From: a candidate division WOR-1 bacterium RIFOXYB2_FULL_46_45
GTDB lineage: Bacteria > Margulisbacteria > WOR-1 > XYC2-FULL-46-14
Direction: 5' to 3'
DNA length: 64,000 nucleotides
Assembly: GCA_001771585.1 (NCBI GenBank)
Contig: MEUE01000001.1
Coordinates: 476,744 to 540,743, forward strand
Shown piece after piece: positions 53,229-63,349 of the stretch; the stretch's first letter is position 1; each line of letters opens with the position of its first letter. The translations under genes were made by a program, and so were the position numbers. Below the pieces are notes generated by a model that saw only the letters and a list, made by a program, of their open reading frames with translations, did not search any database and was not told where the DNA came from.

Positions 53229-54229
53229 TGCGCTTTACCTCTTAATGCCTGTGACGGTTCGCCGGCATAGCTAAAAGAAAAATAGTTATTGGCAAGGCTT
53301 GGATCGTTGTAAAAGGGATGATAGGCATAGTCAAATCGGAAATGGGCAAAGCCAAGTGAAATGCCATAAGCGGGATCCCAAGTTGTCTTAGAAGAAGACT
53401 GCGGATCAATGCTTTGGTCCAGCCCGCACCGCAAAGCCAGGGAATTAATAGGCTGCCATTCGATCCCAATATGGGCAAGCGGGGGGCGGGTACTGCTAAC
53501 CGGCAGGTCAATATCGGTCGCAATTAAAACTTTCCGGTTAAAAACGGTGGGCCTTGTTGCAGCTCCGATCTTGACCAACGAAGCCAGCGCCTCTTCGGCT
53601 CCTCCACTGTAATTTATGACTCCCCCCAAAGAGATCGGTAAGAAATTCTGAACGTTCAGGCCCAAATATAAAGACGGGTTAACCGCCAGCCTCATGCCAA
53701 AATCACCGCTATAGCCGGCCGCGGTCTGATTGACCCCGCCGGAAAATCCGCGGTCAAAATATTTTAAATTGAGGCCAAGAAAAAGCTCTCTTCCGTACAA
53801 AAAAAACCGGTTGGCGGGCGTTCCGTAACTGATCACAAAAAGATTGTCGTGGTAGTCGGTGTTTACAACCTAGCCGTTCACAATCGTCGGGATCCCGGTA
53901 ACTCCAGTAGAGATAAAACCAGCCCCGACGGTGCCAAAAACCGCCGGCACAACGCCGGAATATTCCCGATAGTAGATCTCATCCAGTAAATTTGTATACA
54001 TTGCCATCGCCGAAGGACCTTTAATTCCCGCGATTCCGGCCGGATTAATGAAGGGAGCATCGGCATCCTCAACAACCGCAACAAACGCCCTACCCATTCC
54101 TATCGGCCTGGCGCCGCCTCCAATGGTCATCGCATCATCGGTTATGCCAACCAAAGCGCCAAAGACAAAAGGAGAAGACAAAAACAAAAGACAGCCGGCA
54201 ATACCGGACTTAAAAATAAATTTTTTCAT
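53225..54229 (-). pseudogene. FadL/TodX-like outer-membrane protein gene interrupted by an in-frame TAG at 53870-53872
   Basis: Signal peptide, then GMGRAFVAVVEDADAPFINPAGIA. The two ORFs are in the same frame across a single amber codon. Confidence 0.5.
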
Positions 54230-55317
54230 TTGATTATCGCAATCTTGCTTCTTCCCAATATTTTTGCCTGGCCGCCTTCTCTGGCAACCACATGCACAAT
54301 ATAAACTCCGATACTGACAAAAGATTTGAATCCGGTTATTCCGCTCCAGACAATCTCATTTGTCCCGGCGCGTCCACCGTCTGAACCGGAAGGGGCGTCA
54401 TACTGCCAAACCCGCTCCCCGCGAATGTTGTAGAGATAAACGGATATATTCGCGTCCCTGCTCAAACCATAGGTGATCGTCGTCACCCCTTCGGCCGGAT
54501 TAAACGGGTTTTTAGCGCTGAGAACCGGCGCTGTCAGGAAAAGGTCGAGAGCCTCAATCTTGAAAGCCTGCGAAAGTGTGCCGCTCTGGTTATCGTCATT
54601 AACCACCGTCAAATCCCATATTCCGGGAGTTTTTCCGGTAATATCGAAAATGCAGGTTATTTTTGAAGAAGATACGATCACCACGCTTGTTCCCGCCAAA
54701 TCCCCCTCTCCGGTTTTTAATAATTTTACTCCCGCATTTGACCTGAAGGCGCTGCCGGAAACCTCAACATTAACCGGAGCATTGCTGAATCCATGGTCCG
54801 GAGAAACGGACGAGATTTGCGGCGCCGGATAAGTCACGGAAAAGGCGGAAGACAAAGAACCGGAACGGTTATCGGGATTAATTACGGTCACATTCCACAG
54901 CCCTCCGGCCGCTCCGGTCAAATCAAAAGTACAGGTGATCGTCCCGGAATTCACAACGGAGACATTGGCAGCATTAATATCGGTTTCCCCGCTTTTGGTC
55001 AGTTTTACCGAAGCGCCGGCGACAAAATTTGCCCCGGCCAGGTTTGTAATATTTATTGCGGCGGTATTCTGCCCGCTACCGGGAGTGATCGAGGTTACAA
55101 TGGGAGCAAGGGCGGAGACAGAAAAGTAGACGCTCCGCAAAAATCCTTCGCCAACAACAAAATTCACGCCTGTTAAAACATTAAGCTGGCGGGCGCGCCC
55201 GATTAAATTTAATTTATAAGAGACGGAATTCATAAACTCCGCCTGGCTTTCAATCGCTTCCAACGCCATCGCGCTTACCCCCGTCAATATAATTAATAAA
55301 CTTATAATCCATTTCAT
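54226..55317 (-). CDS. secreted protein with two IPT/TIG-like Ig domains and a C-terminal FlgD-Ig/T9SS-like sorting domain
   Basis: Signal peptide. Duplicated S(I/V)(T/S)P..G domains. The C-terminus reads NPFNP...GVYIVHVVAREGGQAKILGRSKIAIIK. Confidence 0.65.
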   Translation of the reverse strand: MKWIISLLIILTGVSAMALEAIESQAEFMNSVSYKLNLIGRARQLNVLTGVNFVVGEGFLRSVYFSVSALAPIVTSITPGSGQNTAAINITNLAGANFVAGASVKLTKSGETDINAANVSVVNSGTITCTFDLTGAAGGLWNVTVINPDNRSGSLSSAFSVTYPAPQISSVSPDHGFSNAPVNVEVSGSAFRSNAGVKLLKTGEGDLAGTSVVIVSSSKITCIFDITGKTPGIWDLTVVNDDNQSGTLSQAFKIEALDLFLTAPVLSAKNPFNPAEGVTTITYGLSRDANISVYLYNIRGERVWQYDAPSGSDGGRAGTNEIVWSGITGFKSFVSIGVYIVHVVAREGGQAKILGRSKIAIIK

Positions 55318-55329
55318 TTTCTCGTTTGG

Positions 55330-57153
55330 CTAAATTTTTGAAATCGTTATATAGCCTCCAAATATTCGATCACCGCTCCCCGTATTGACAAAGACCGAGA
55401 CATAATTTGTCGCGGTCGAATCCGTAGCCGTTATACTTATTTCCGTGCCGACAACTCCGGTACCCAAACTTGTAGCAGTAGTCTGATCGCTTATATCGTT
55501 TGCCCGAACCGTGATCGCATTGTTGGTGTCCGATCCATAAACTAAAACATGAGTGGCCTGATATCCTGTTGGTATTGCCTTAAAAGCAACTCCCTGGCCA
55601 GTGCCTGAAGCCTGGACATATCTTCCGGATTGGTCCGCAAACAGATTGTCGTCTGTATCATCCGTAATAAAATCATTCGGCAACAATTTTATTCTTGTCA
55701 CCGAACCGTGCCAGCCGGAAAGCTCCGACAATTTAATTGCGATAGTATTTGTCGAATCGACAAAAAGCATATCATTACCGCTTGTATCAACATATTTGGC
55801 GGCATCGTCCACTTCAACTCTTGTCATCCTGCCAATCGCCGGCGCAGTCTGGCCAATTGTGGAATTATTAATCGTTTTACTCGTCAACGCCTGTACGTCG
55901 GAAGTTCCTACCACAGCGCCGGTCACTCCATGGACTTCCGTTGAAGCGCCAATATGCGTATCAATCTGCGGGTGAGTATTGGTGCCAATATTTGTCAAAT
56001 TTGTATGCGAAATCTGCCCTCCCGAGGCGGTGCCGCTATGAGCATGGTTGGCATTAGTAAAATCGGCGATCGTCGGAATTATCAATGTCTTGTTCGTCAG
56101 TGTCTGTAAATCACTGGTCCCAACCAGGTCTCCCGTTACCCCGTGCGTGGCGGTCGCGGTAGCATGGGCATTCAGCGCGGAAGCGGAAAGAACTCCGGAA
56201 AGATTGGAGCCATCCCCGTAATATGCCGCCGCCGTTACTGTACCGGTAGTGTTGATCCCGGTGCTTCCGGAAATAAGCCCGGAGGTGATGGTCTTGTTCG
56301 TCAGTGTCTGTAAATCACTGGTCCCAACCAGGTCTCCCGTTACCCCGTGCGTGGCGGTCGCGGTAGCATGGGCATTCAGCGCGGAGGCGGAAAGAACTCC
56401 GGAAAGATTGGAGCCATCCCCGTAATATGCCGCCGCCGTGGCAACTCCAGTCGTATTGATCGCTGTTGTACCGATAATTATTCCGCCGGAAAAAATTTTG
56501 TTTGTTAATGTCTGCGAGCCGGAAATAGTAGCAACGGTGGAATCAATTGAAACTATCCCGGTTGCCGTTATCGGGCCTCCGATTAACCCCTGTCCCGTAT
56601 CTATCTGTGTAACGCTTCCTCCACCTGTCCCGGTAGCAGTCAAAGTTACCTGCCCCACTCCAGTCCCCTCATCTCCGGAAACAGAAACTCCGGAACCGGC
56701 AATGATCTTTTTTACAAACTGCCCGGAAGCAACTTTGGCATTTGTAATAGACCCATCAACAACCGTATCGGCTACCGCCGATTTCATGGAATAACCAACT
56801 GAAACAAGCTGCGATCTGGGGCTTAAGGCTTCGCTTCCGACAGATACCTGCAAATAGCGGTCTGCAGACTGAAAAACCGTACTTGTGATAGCAGTTGTGC
56901 CGCCAAGCAGGACACTAAAAACTCCCTGACTGTCCGGTGTTATCGAATGAGACTCCGGCCCCCAGACACTGCTGCCGCCGGAAACAGCGTCAAAAATCTC
57001 AAAAACCACGGTCCGCTGGCTGGTTATCGGATTACCGCCGGAATCGGTCAGCCTTCCTTCATAAGAAAGCCTGCTGGGAATCGCACCAAAAGCTATCTCG
57101 GCACAAACGATAAAAAAAACAAATAAAAAGAACCGTATTTTTTTTGTGACCAT
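55330..57153 (-). CDS. secreted repeat protein (tail-fibre-like N-terminal module, internal perfect 68-aa tandem repeats)
   Basis: Signal peptide, then SYEGRLTDSGGNPI... A 204-bp period repeat. Confidence 0.6.
   Translation of the reverse strand: MVTKKIRFFLFVFFIVCAEIAFGAIPSRLSYEGRLTDSGGNPITSQRTVVFEIFDAVSGGSSVWGPESHSITPDSQGVFSVLLGGTTAITSTVFQSADRYLQVSVGSEALSPRSQLVSVGYSMKSAVADTVVDGSITNAKVASGQFVKKIIAGSGVSVSGDEGTGVGQVTLTATGTGGGSVTQIDTGQGLIGGPITATGIVSIDSTVATISGSQTLTNKIFSGGIIIGTTAINTTGVATAAAYYGDGSNLSGVLSASALNAHATATATHGVTGDLVGTSDLQTLTNKTITSGLISGSTGINTTGTVTAAAYYGDGSNLSGVLSASALNAHATATATHGVTGDLVGTSDLQTLTNKTLIIPTIADFTNANHAHSGTASGGQISHTNLTNIGTNTHPQIDTHIGASTEVHGVTGAVVGTSDVQALTSKTINNSTIGQTAPAIGRMTRVEVDDAAKYVDTSGNDMLFVDSTNTIAIKLSELSGWHGSVTRIKLLPNDFITDDTDDNLFADQSGRYVQASGTGQGVAFKAIPTGYQATHVLVYGSDTNNAITVRANDISDQTTATSLGTGVVGTEISITATDSTATNYVSVFVNTGSGDRIFGGYITISKI
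56087..56440. repeat. intragenic tandem repeat, 2 x ~150 bp near-identical (204-bp period)
   Basis: 56087-56237 compared with 56291-56439. Confidence 0.8.
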
Positions 57154-57159
57154 GAATTT

Positions 57160-57549
57160 CTACTGCTTATTGTCCAAATGATACACTACGAGTTCAAAGA
57201 GTTTTTCCGGATCAAACGGTTTTTTGAGATAAATATTGGCCCCGGATTCATAGCCGGCGCGCCCATCTTTTGCGCCGGTACGGGCCGTCAGCATAATTAT
57301 CGAAGTCGCTCTTTTGCCTGTCGATTGCTCGCTTTCCCTTATCCTTTTTGCCACACTGTACCCGTCAAGTTTTGGAATCATGACATCCAGTATTACCAGA
57401 TCCGGATTTTCCTGATTATACTTTTCTATCGCTTCATCCCCGTCACCGGCGCCAATAACTTCATAACCGCCGGCGGCAAAGCGCCCCGCAATAAGGCTTA
57501 AAACATGTTCTTCGTCTTCAACAACTAAAATCTTTCTTATAACGTTCAT
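57160..57549 (-). CDS. single-domain response regulator
   Basis: REC domain. 129 aa. Confidence 0.8.
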   Translation of the reverse strand: MNVIRKILVVEDEEHVLSLIAGRFAAGGYEVIGAGDGDEAIEKYNQENPDLVILDVMIPKLDGYSVAKRIRESEQSTGKRATSIIMLTARTGAKDGRAGYESGANIYLKKPFDPEKLFELVVYHLDNKQ

Positions 57550-57920
57550 TTTGCCTCCTGTTTTTTTAATACGTTTTCAATCTTATTTATTAATAAGTCC
57601 AGTTTGATAGGTTTTAAGATAAAATCCGCCGCTCCCAGGCCAAAGAATTTTTTTCCCCCATCCCGGCTGGGCATTGCGGTCAAAACAATAATTGGAATAT
57701 CTTTTGTCGATTCATTCCGCTTTAATTCGATCATGGCCTGCGATCCATCCATCACCGGCAGGATAAAATCCAACAGGATAAGATCGGGTCTCTGCAGTGC
57801 TTTATCCAGGCATTCTTCCCCGTCATTCGCCGTAATCACTTCCAAACCGGATTTTTTAAGCCGATCCTCGAGTATTTTAACCACAAACGGTTCATCGTCA
57901 ACAACCAAAATTTTTGTCAT
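57546..57920 (-). CDS. single-domain response regulator
   Basis: REC domain. 124 aa. Confidence 0.8.
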   Translation of the reverse strand: MTKILVVDDEPFVVKILEDRLKKSGLEVITANDGEECLDKALQRPDLILLDFILPVMDGSQAMIELKRNESTKDIPIIVLTAMPSRDGGKKFFGLGAADFILKPIKLDLLINKIENVLKKQEAK

Positions 57921-58639
57921 GTTCTACCTCCCTCGGAATTTTTTAAAAGGGGGATCGCAATAGAGGCTTTTGTCCCTTCCCCTTTTTTGCTTTCTATTTT
58001 AATTTCCCCGCCATTGAGCTCTACAAGCGCCTTGGCAATAGATAATCCAAGTCCTATGCCCTGCCGGCCGGGACCGATTATTCTGGTCAATTGCTCAAAT
58101 TTTTTAAAAATACGGGGAAGCATTTTTGGATCGATACCGCAGCCATAATCTTCTACGCTTATGGTTATACGATCGGCAGCTGCCGCGGAAACCCTTATTT
58201 CTTTTCCCGTGCAGCTGAATTTGATCGCGTTATCCAGCAGTTTGATTAAGGCATCGGAAATGCTTTGCTGATCGATATAGGCATAAGGAAGATAGGTCGA
58301 AGCTCTTTTAACCACGGTTATCCGCTTAAGCTCCAAATCCCCTTTCATCATAAGGATACAATCGTTAATAAGCCTTAAGATATCCGTCTTTTCTTTTTTT
58401 AAGTTGATCTTGGCCGACTGAATCCTGTAAATATCGATTAAATCGTCGATAATAACTCCCAGACGCCGACTGTCTTTTTCCGCCATTTTAAGATAATCCC
58501 GCTGCAAGGGAGAAATCTCTCCGGTAAAACCGCCAAGAAAATATTCGAGAGTCCACTGGATCGTGGTCAATGGGGTACGCATCTCGTGGGAAATCAAGTC
58601 TATAAAATCTTCTTTCAGTTTTTCCTCTTTAATGCTCAT
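57917..58639 (-). CDS. sensor-less histidine kinase core
   Basis: H-box SHEMRTPL plus HATPase. Confidence 0.75.
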   Translation of the reverse strand: MSIKEEKLKEDFIDLISHEMRTPLTTIQWTLEYFLGGFTGEISPLQRDYLKMAEKDSRRLGVIIDDLIDIYRIQSAKINLKKEKTDILRLINDCILMMKGDLELKRITVVKRASTYLPYAYIDQQSISDALIKLLDNAIKFSCTGKEIRVSAAAADRITISVEDYGCGIDPKMLPRIFKKFEQLTRIIGPGRQGIGLGLSIAKALVELNGGEIKIESKKGEGTKASIAIPLLKNSEGGRT

Positions 58640-60576
58640 TCCTGTTTTTCCTGTTTGCTTTTATTGCGGATATCAACCGGAAATTCGATTGTAAAAGTGG
58701 TTCCAAGCCCTTCTTCCGAATCAACCCAGATATTGCCCGAAAGTGCCCCCACCATCTCTTTTACAAGAGACAAACCCAACCCTGTCCCCCGCTCCTTCTC
58801 CGCAAAAATACGCACAAACTTGTCAAAGATACGGCTGCACTCTTCTTTGGTAAGAAAAGTACCCTGGTTCATGATCTCGATGCGAAAAGAACCGTTTTGC
58901 CCGTAAGCCCGAACCTCTATGCCGTTTCCCGACGGTGTATATTTAACGGCATTGTCGACCAGGTTCATCAAAATTCTAATCAGCATGTCTTCGTCGCTGA
59001 AGATTTGTTTTGACGGCCTTTCCGCCGCTATCCGCAAAACAATCTTCTTTTTTTCAAGCGACAGTTTAAACGCCTCTTTGACGTTTTCAAATATGGACGC
59101 CAGGTTGATTTCCTTCACTTTTATCGGCAATTGCCCCGATTCTATTTTTGAAATATCCAGCATGTTTTCGGTAAAGTTTAACAGCCGGTCTATTTGCTGG
59201 GAAATAACCCTTAAACTTTCTTTTTGCTCCTGGCTGGCATTCTCCTCAAACGACTGAAGCCGTGAAGACAATATCCCCTGCACCATCCAAAGAGGATTGA
59301 TGATTTCATGTGCCACATAATCCATGAATTCCGATTTAAGCGCATCAAACCGCCTCAATTTTTTGTTGGCTTCTTTGAGTCCCGCAAGGGTCTTTTTTAT
59401 TTCCCAGGTCTTTTCTTCGATCGCCGATTCGAGTTTTTGCGCGGATCTGCGCAACTCGTCCTCCAACAAACGCTTTTCTCCGATATCCGAAATAATTACA
59501 ACCTTGCCGGATATTTTTCCCGAACAATCCCTTAAGGGAAAAAGAGAAAAATGGGCAGCAAAAGCCGATCCGTCCCTGCGTTTTGCCATATATTCTTCGC
59601 TGGAGCGTTCCCCTTGCAAGACAAGGTTCGGACTAAGTTCGGAGACAAGAAAAGAAAGATTCTTTCCCAAAAGATCTTCCTCTTTATATCCGTACATCCT
59701 GACTGCCGCCTCGTTAAAGTAGCGGATAATATTCTCCGTGTCTGTAATGATCACTCCTTCCAACATATCTTTTACCACGCAGGAGAGCATCTCGTTCCTC
59801 TCTTCTCTTAGTTTTCTCTCGGTAATATCGATCATAATCCCGGTAATGGTAATTTCTTTCCCGTCGCCGCCGCGCAAGGAAATCCCCACATCTTTAATCC
59901 ATTTTATGGTCTCTTTGTCTTTGTGGAGCATCCGATATTCGCACTCAAATTTTCCCTGTTTCTTTATCTGCTCAAACTTATCAATGGCTTTGTCCTTATC
60001 TGCCGGATAAACCTGCCGGAACCACAAACTGCCGTCGGCAAGCCATTCCGACTGTTTAAATCCGAATAATTCTTCCACCTTTTCATTGACATACAATGTA
60101 TTATTATCGGTATTATTATCGACAACAGAGGTTTCATAAACTACGGCAGGGATCAGGGACAAAAGGCGTCGGTATTTGCTTTCGCTGTACCGTAAAATCG
60201 TATTCTGTTCTTCTTTTTCTTTTAGAAGCAGATTGATGCGTTCGCCGATAAACTCGATTGAAGCCGGCTTCAAGATGTAATCGTCTATCTTTTCCTTGAA
60301 AGCATTAATGGAAGAATCCAAACTGGCGTAAGCGGTCATGACAATAAAACTTGTGTTTTTGCTTTCCTTTTTGGCTTCCGAGATAAAATCCTGGCCGTCG
60401 ACATCCGGAAGTTTTTTGTCTATCAGGGCAACATCGGGATGGCGCTTGCTTATAATCTTCCTTGCCGTCTCTCCATCCTGTGCGGTTAAAATCTCATAAC
60501 CATTCAAAGAAAGAGCTTCCTTCGTTTCTTCTAAAAACGCCTTATCGTCATCCACAAGAAGGACGGAATGGCTCAT
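58636..60576 (-). CDS. hybrid sensor kinase: N-terminal REC, two PAS domains, HisKA, HATPase
   Basis: REC LLVDDD..DKKLPDVDG. PAS domains. H-box AHEIINPL. Confidence 0.8.
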   Translation of the reverse strand: MSHSVLLVDDDKAFLEETKEALSLNGYEILTAQDGETARKIISKRHPDVALIDKKLPDVDGQDFISEAKKESKNTSFIVMTAYASLDSSINAFKEKIDDYILKPASIEFIGERINLLLKEKEEQNTILRYSESKYRRLLSLIPAVVYETSVVDNNTDNNTLYVNEKVEELFGFKQSEWLADGSLWFRQVYPADKDKAIDKFEQIKKQGKFECEYRMLHKDKETIKWIKDVGISLRGGDGKEITITGIMIDITERKLREERNEMLSCVVKDMLEGVIITDTENIIRYFNEAAVRMYGYKEEDLLGKNLSFLVSELSPNLVLQGERSSEEYMAKRRDGSAFAAHFSLFPLRDCSGKISGKVVIISDIGEKRLLEDELRRSAQKLESAIEEKTWEIKKTLAGLKEANKKLRRFDALKSEFMDYVAHEIINPLWMVQGILSSRLQSFEENASQEQKESLRVISQQIDRLLNFTENMLDISKIESGQLPIKVKEINLASIFENVKEAFKLSLEKKKIVLRIAAERPSKQIFSDEDMLIRILMNLVDNAVKYTPSGNGIEVRAYGQNGSFRIEIMNQGTFLTKEECSRIFDKFVRIFAEKERGTGLGLSLVKEMVGALSGNIWVDSEEGLGTTFTIEFPVDIRNKSKQEKQE

Positions 60577-60839
60577 AACAAACGTTTAACCGCTTTTCCC
60601 GCCAGCTCGCGGTAACACATTATAATATTGCGCCACAACCCCCTCCAAATTCCTGCCCCCTCCCACTGCGAAGCCAAAAGATGGGATTCATTCTTCCATT
60701 GATTAAAATCCCCCATAACCGAGACCTGTTGGGCATTGTGATCCCACACCGCAAAATGAAACCCTTCTATCCAGCCAATCGACATATTATATTGACCTCT
60801 GCCGGCCAGTTTGTTATTCTTTAAAAGCGCTTTTTTCAT
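60573..60839 (-). pseudogene. CBM48 (GlgB/TreX/TreZ N-terminal domain) gene fragment
   Basis: GFHFAVWDHNAQQVSVMGDFNQW..GIW in an 88-aa ORF that terminates at the kinase gene start. Confidence 0.35.
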
Positions 60840-60983
60840 TGCAACAATTAAAGGTTAAAACAAAAAACAATCCAATTGCCAAATTCAACTTTTGATTGAC
60901 TTCTTTCTACTTTGGATTTTTATCTATTAGAAGAGGATAGCCATGATGAGGATCGACAGGACAAGAAGATATCGCGGTTGGAA

Positions 60984-61163
60984 TTAGCCCTGTAATTTTC
61001 CTTCAATCGCCCAGTCGGCTTTGTCGACGTCTTCAAAAATGATATGAGTGGCTCCGGGAGGACAGCCGCAGTTTTTTTGGATCACCTGTTCAATTTCGGA
61101 CGCGACCTGTTCTTTTTGTTCGCGGGTCCTGCCCTTCCACCACGAAACTCGTATTACTGGCAT
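60984..61163 (-). CDS. 4-oxalocrotonate tautomerase-family protein
   Basis: MPVIRVSWWKGRTREQKEQVASEI with a catalytic Pro1. 59 aa. Confidence 0.65.
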   Translation of the reverse strand: MPVIRVSWWKGRTREQKEQVASEIEQVIQKNCGCPPGATHIIFEDVDKADWAIEGKLQG

Positions 61164-61182
61164 TGTGGTAGAATTATACCAC

Positions 61183-62487
61183 ATGGACCTCTTCGATCAA
61201 AATCTTAAAAAAGATAATCCTTTGGCGTATCGGATGGCCCCGAGGACGCTTGACGAGGTCGTCGGACAGGAACATATTATCGGAAAAGGAAAGCTGCTGC
61301 GGCGGCTGATTGAAACCGACAAAGTATCGTCGATCATCTTCTTCGGTCCGCCCGGAACCGGAAAAACCGCCCTTGCCCGCGTGATCGCGAACACCACCAA
61401 AGGATATTTTGAATGGCTAAACGCCGCGACGGCCAAAGTTGACGATATCCGCAAAGTAAGTTTGGAAGCAAAAAACCGTAAGAAAATGTACCGGCAAAAA
61501 ACCATTTTGTTCCTTGACGAAATTCACCGCTTCAATAAACTACAACAAGATGTCCTGCTCCCCGATGTCGAAGAGGGTCTGTTTATCTTAATCGGCGCAA
61601 CGACCGAGAATCCGTTTTTCTACGTCAATGCGGCGCTGGTTTCCCGTTCACAACTCTTTGAACTGAAGCCGCTTTCAACCGATAACTTAAAACAGATAAC
61701 AAATAACGCTATAAACGACAAAGAAAGAGGATTGGGAAAATTAAATCTAAAAGTGACTGACGAAGCGTTGCACCATTGGGCAAAAATAGCGGACGGGGAC
61801 GCGCGCAAGGCGCTGTCTGCCCTCGAGCTTGCCGCTCTCTCTACCACTCCGGATAATAAAGGAAATATAAATATTGACCTAAAAACCGCCGAGGAGTCCA
61901 TTCAGAGAAAGTCGGTCGTCTACGATAAACACGGCGACCAGCACTATGATACGATCTCTGCCTTTATCAAATCGATGCGCGGCTCCGACCCCGATGCGGC
62001 GCTCTATTACCTGGCAAAGATGATCTATGCGGGAGAGGACCCAAGATTTATAGCAAGGAGAATCTGTATCTGCGCGGCAGAAGATGTCGGCAACGCCGAT
62101 CCCCTGGCTTTGGTAATTTCAAACGCCGCGCGAGAAATAGCCGAGTTTGTCGGCATGCCGGAAGCAAGGATTCCGCTGGCGCAAGCGACCACTTATGTTG
62201 CCACCGCGCCAAAGAGCAACGCCGCTTATGTCGGAATTGACGCCGCGCTCAAAGATGTAAAAGAAAACCCCACACTTCCTGTCCCCAACCATCTTAAGAA
62301 TGCAAACTACAAAGGGGAGAAGGGGATGGGAAAAGGCAAAGGTTACAAATACGCCCATGATTATGAGGGCGGAATTGTTAGCCAGGAACATCTAATCGAA
62401 AAAAGAAAATATTATGAGCCCAAAGATATTGGGTTTGAGAAAAAAATCCGCAGCCGCATGCAAGAAAATAATCAAGAAAAAACATAA
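61183..62487 (+). CDS. rarA: replication-associated recombination protein A (AAA+)
   Basis: Walker A GPPGTGKT. MgsA/RarA-like helicase-lid domains. Start at MDLFDQ. Confidence 0.8.
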   Translation: MDLFDQNLKKDNPLAYRMAPRTLDEVVGQEHIIGKGKLLRRLIETDKVSSIIFFGPPGTGKTALARVIANTTKGYFEWLNAATAKVDDIRKVSLEAKNRKKMYRQKTILFLDEIHRFNKLQQDVLLPDVEEGLFILIGATTENPFFYVNAALVSRSQLFELKPLSTDNLKQITNNAINDKERGLGKLNLKVTDEALHHWAKIADGDARKALSALELAALSTTPDNKGNINIDLKTAEESIQRKSVVYDKHGDQHYDTISAFIKSMRGSDPDAALYYLAKMIYAGEDPRFIARRICICAAEDVGNADPLALVISNAAREIAEFVGMPEARIPLAQATTYVATAPKSNAAYVGIDAALKDVKENPTLPVPNHLKNANYKGEKGMGKGKGYKYAHDYEGGIVSQEHLIEKRKYYEPKDIGFEKKIRSRMQENNQEKT

Positions 62488-63269
62488 ATAGATTCTTCGC
62501 CGATTAATTGGGGCAACATATCATAGCGATAAACCTCTTCAATTTGAAACCCGGCTTTTTGAAAAATGGTTGTCACTTCTTCTCTTGAAGAATAATATTG
62601 CGGCACTTTTCCGACAGAGCTCCCGGAATCCATAATCAATCCTAACCCATTTTCTTGGAAATTATTTTTACGATCGAAAAGTTCGAAGGTCTCCCAACCA
62701 TCCGGAAGCGCTTCTACGGGAAAAGGCAAACCAAGGCTACTAAGAAACAATCGCCCTCCCGTTTTCAACATTGAACGGCAAACATTTGCAAATGCGATTT
62801 GATCCGGCTCCGACAAAATACCGTCATAAGCCCCCCTCATACAAAGGGCATTATCAAATTTCCTTCCGGAAATAATTGCAGGAAATGTGCTTATATCAGT
62901 AAAATCTGCGATAAAAATACGTTGTCTATCATCAGACCCGAAACATTCCAACAAACTCCCTGGTTCCAAATTACTACAGGAACATCGCCTCAAGCTCTCT
63001 TGTGCCAGATCGACTGCTTCAGGGCAAACATCGATTCCAACCAAGTCCTGTTGCAGGCCAGTTAAAACAGGGAAAAGCCTCCCGGCTCCGCACCCTAAAT
63101 CAAGACAACTCCCCGGTCTTTTAAGCTCTTGATTTAATACCACCATCTCTTGCGGGCTCACCTGCTCCTCTTTTACTATCCAACCGGCATTAGGCAGCAG
63201 ATTATATTGGGAAGAAAACGTTCTATACATAGATTTTAATTGCGACAAAGTACAACTTAGATTGCTCAA
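62472..63269 (-). CDS. class I SAM-dependent methyltransferase
   Basis: Motif I LDLGCGAGR. Confidence 0.6.
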   Translation of the reverse strand: MSNLSCTLSQLKSMYRTFSSQYNLLPNAGWIVKEEQVSPQEMVVLNQELKRPGSCLDLGCGAGRLFPVLTGLQQDLVGIDVCPEAVDLAQESLRRCSCSNLEPGSLLECFGSDDRQRIFIADFTDISTFPAIISGRKFDNALCMRGAYDGILSEPDQIAFANVCRSMLKTGGRLFLSSLGLPFPVEALPDGWETFELFDRKNNFQENGLGLIMDSGSSVGKVPQYYSSREEVTTIFQKAGFQIEEVYRYDMLPQLIGEESIYVFS

Positions 63270-63349
63270 AAAAACTCCTCCTTCTCATGCATTTTTTTCA
63301 TTTTATTATCATTGAAATTTCACACTATTCTTGATAATCTAATTATAAC

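Noticed and set aside
53870-53872. Possible stop-codon reassignment (TAG read as sense).
   Set aside because: TAG terminates rpmG and other genes here, and only one in-frame TAG was seen. A pseudogene or sequencing error is more parsimonious.
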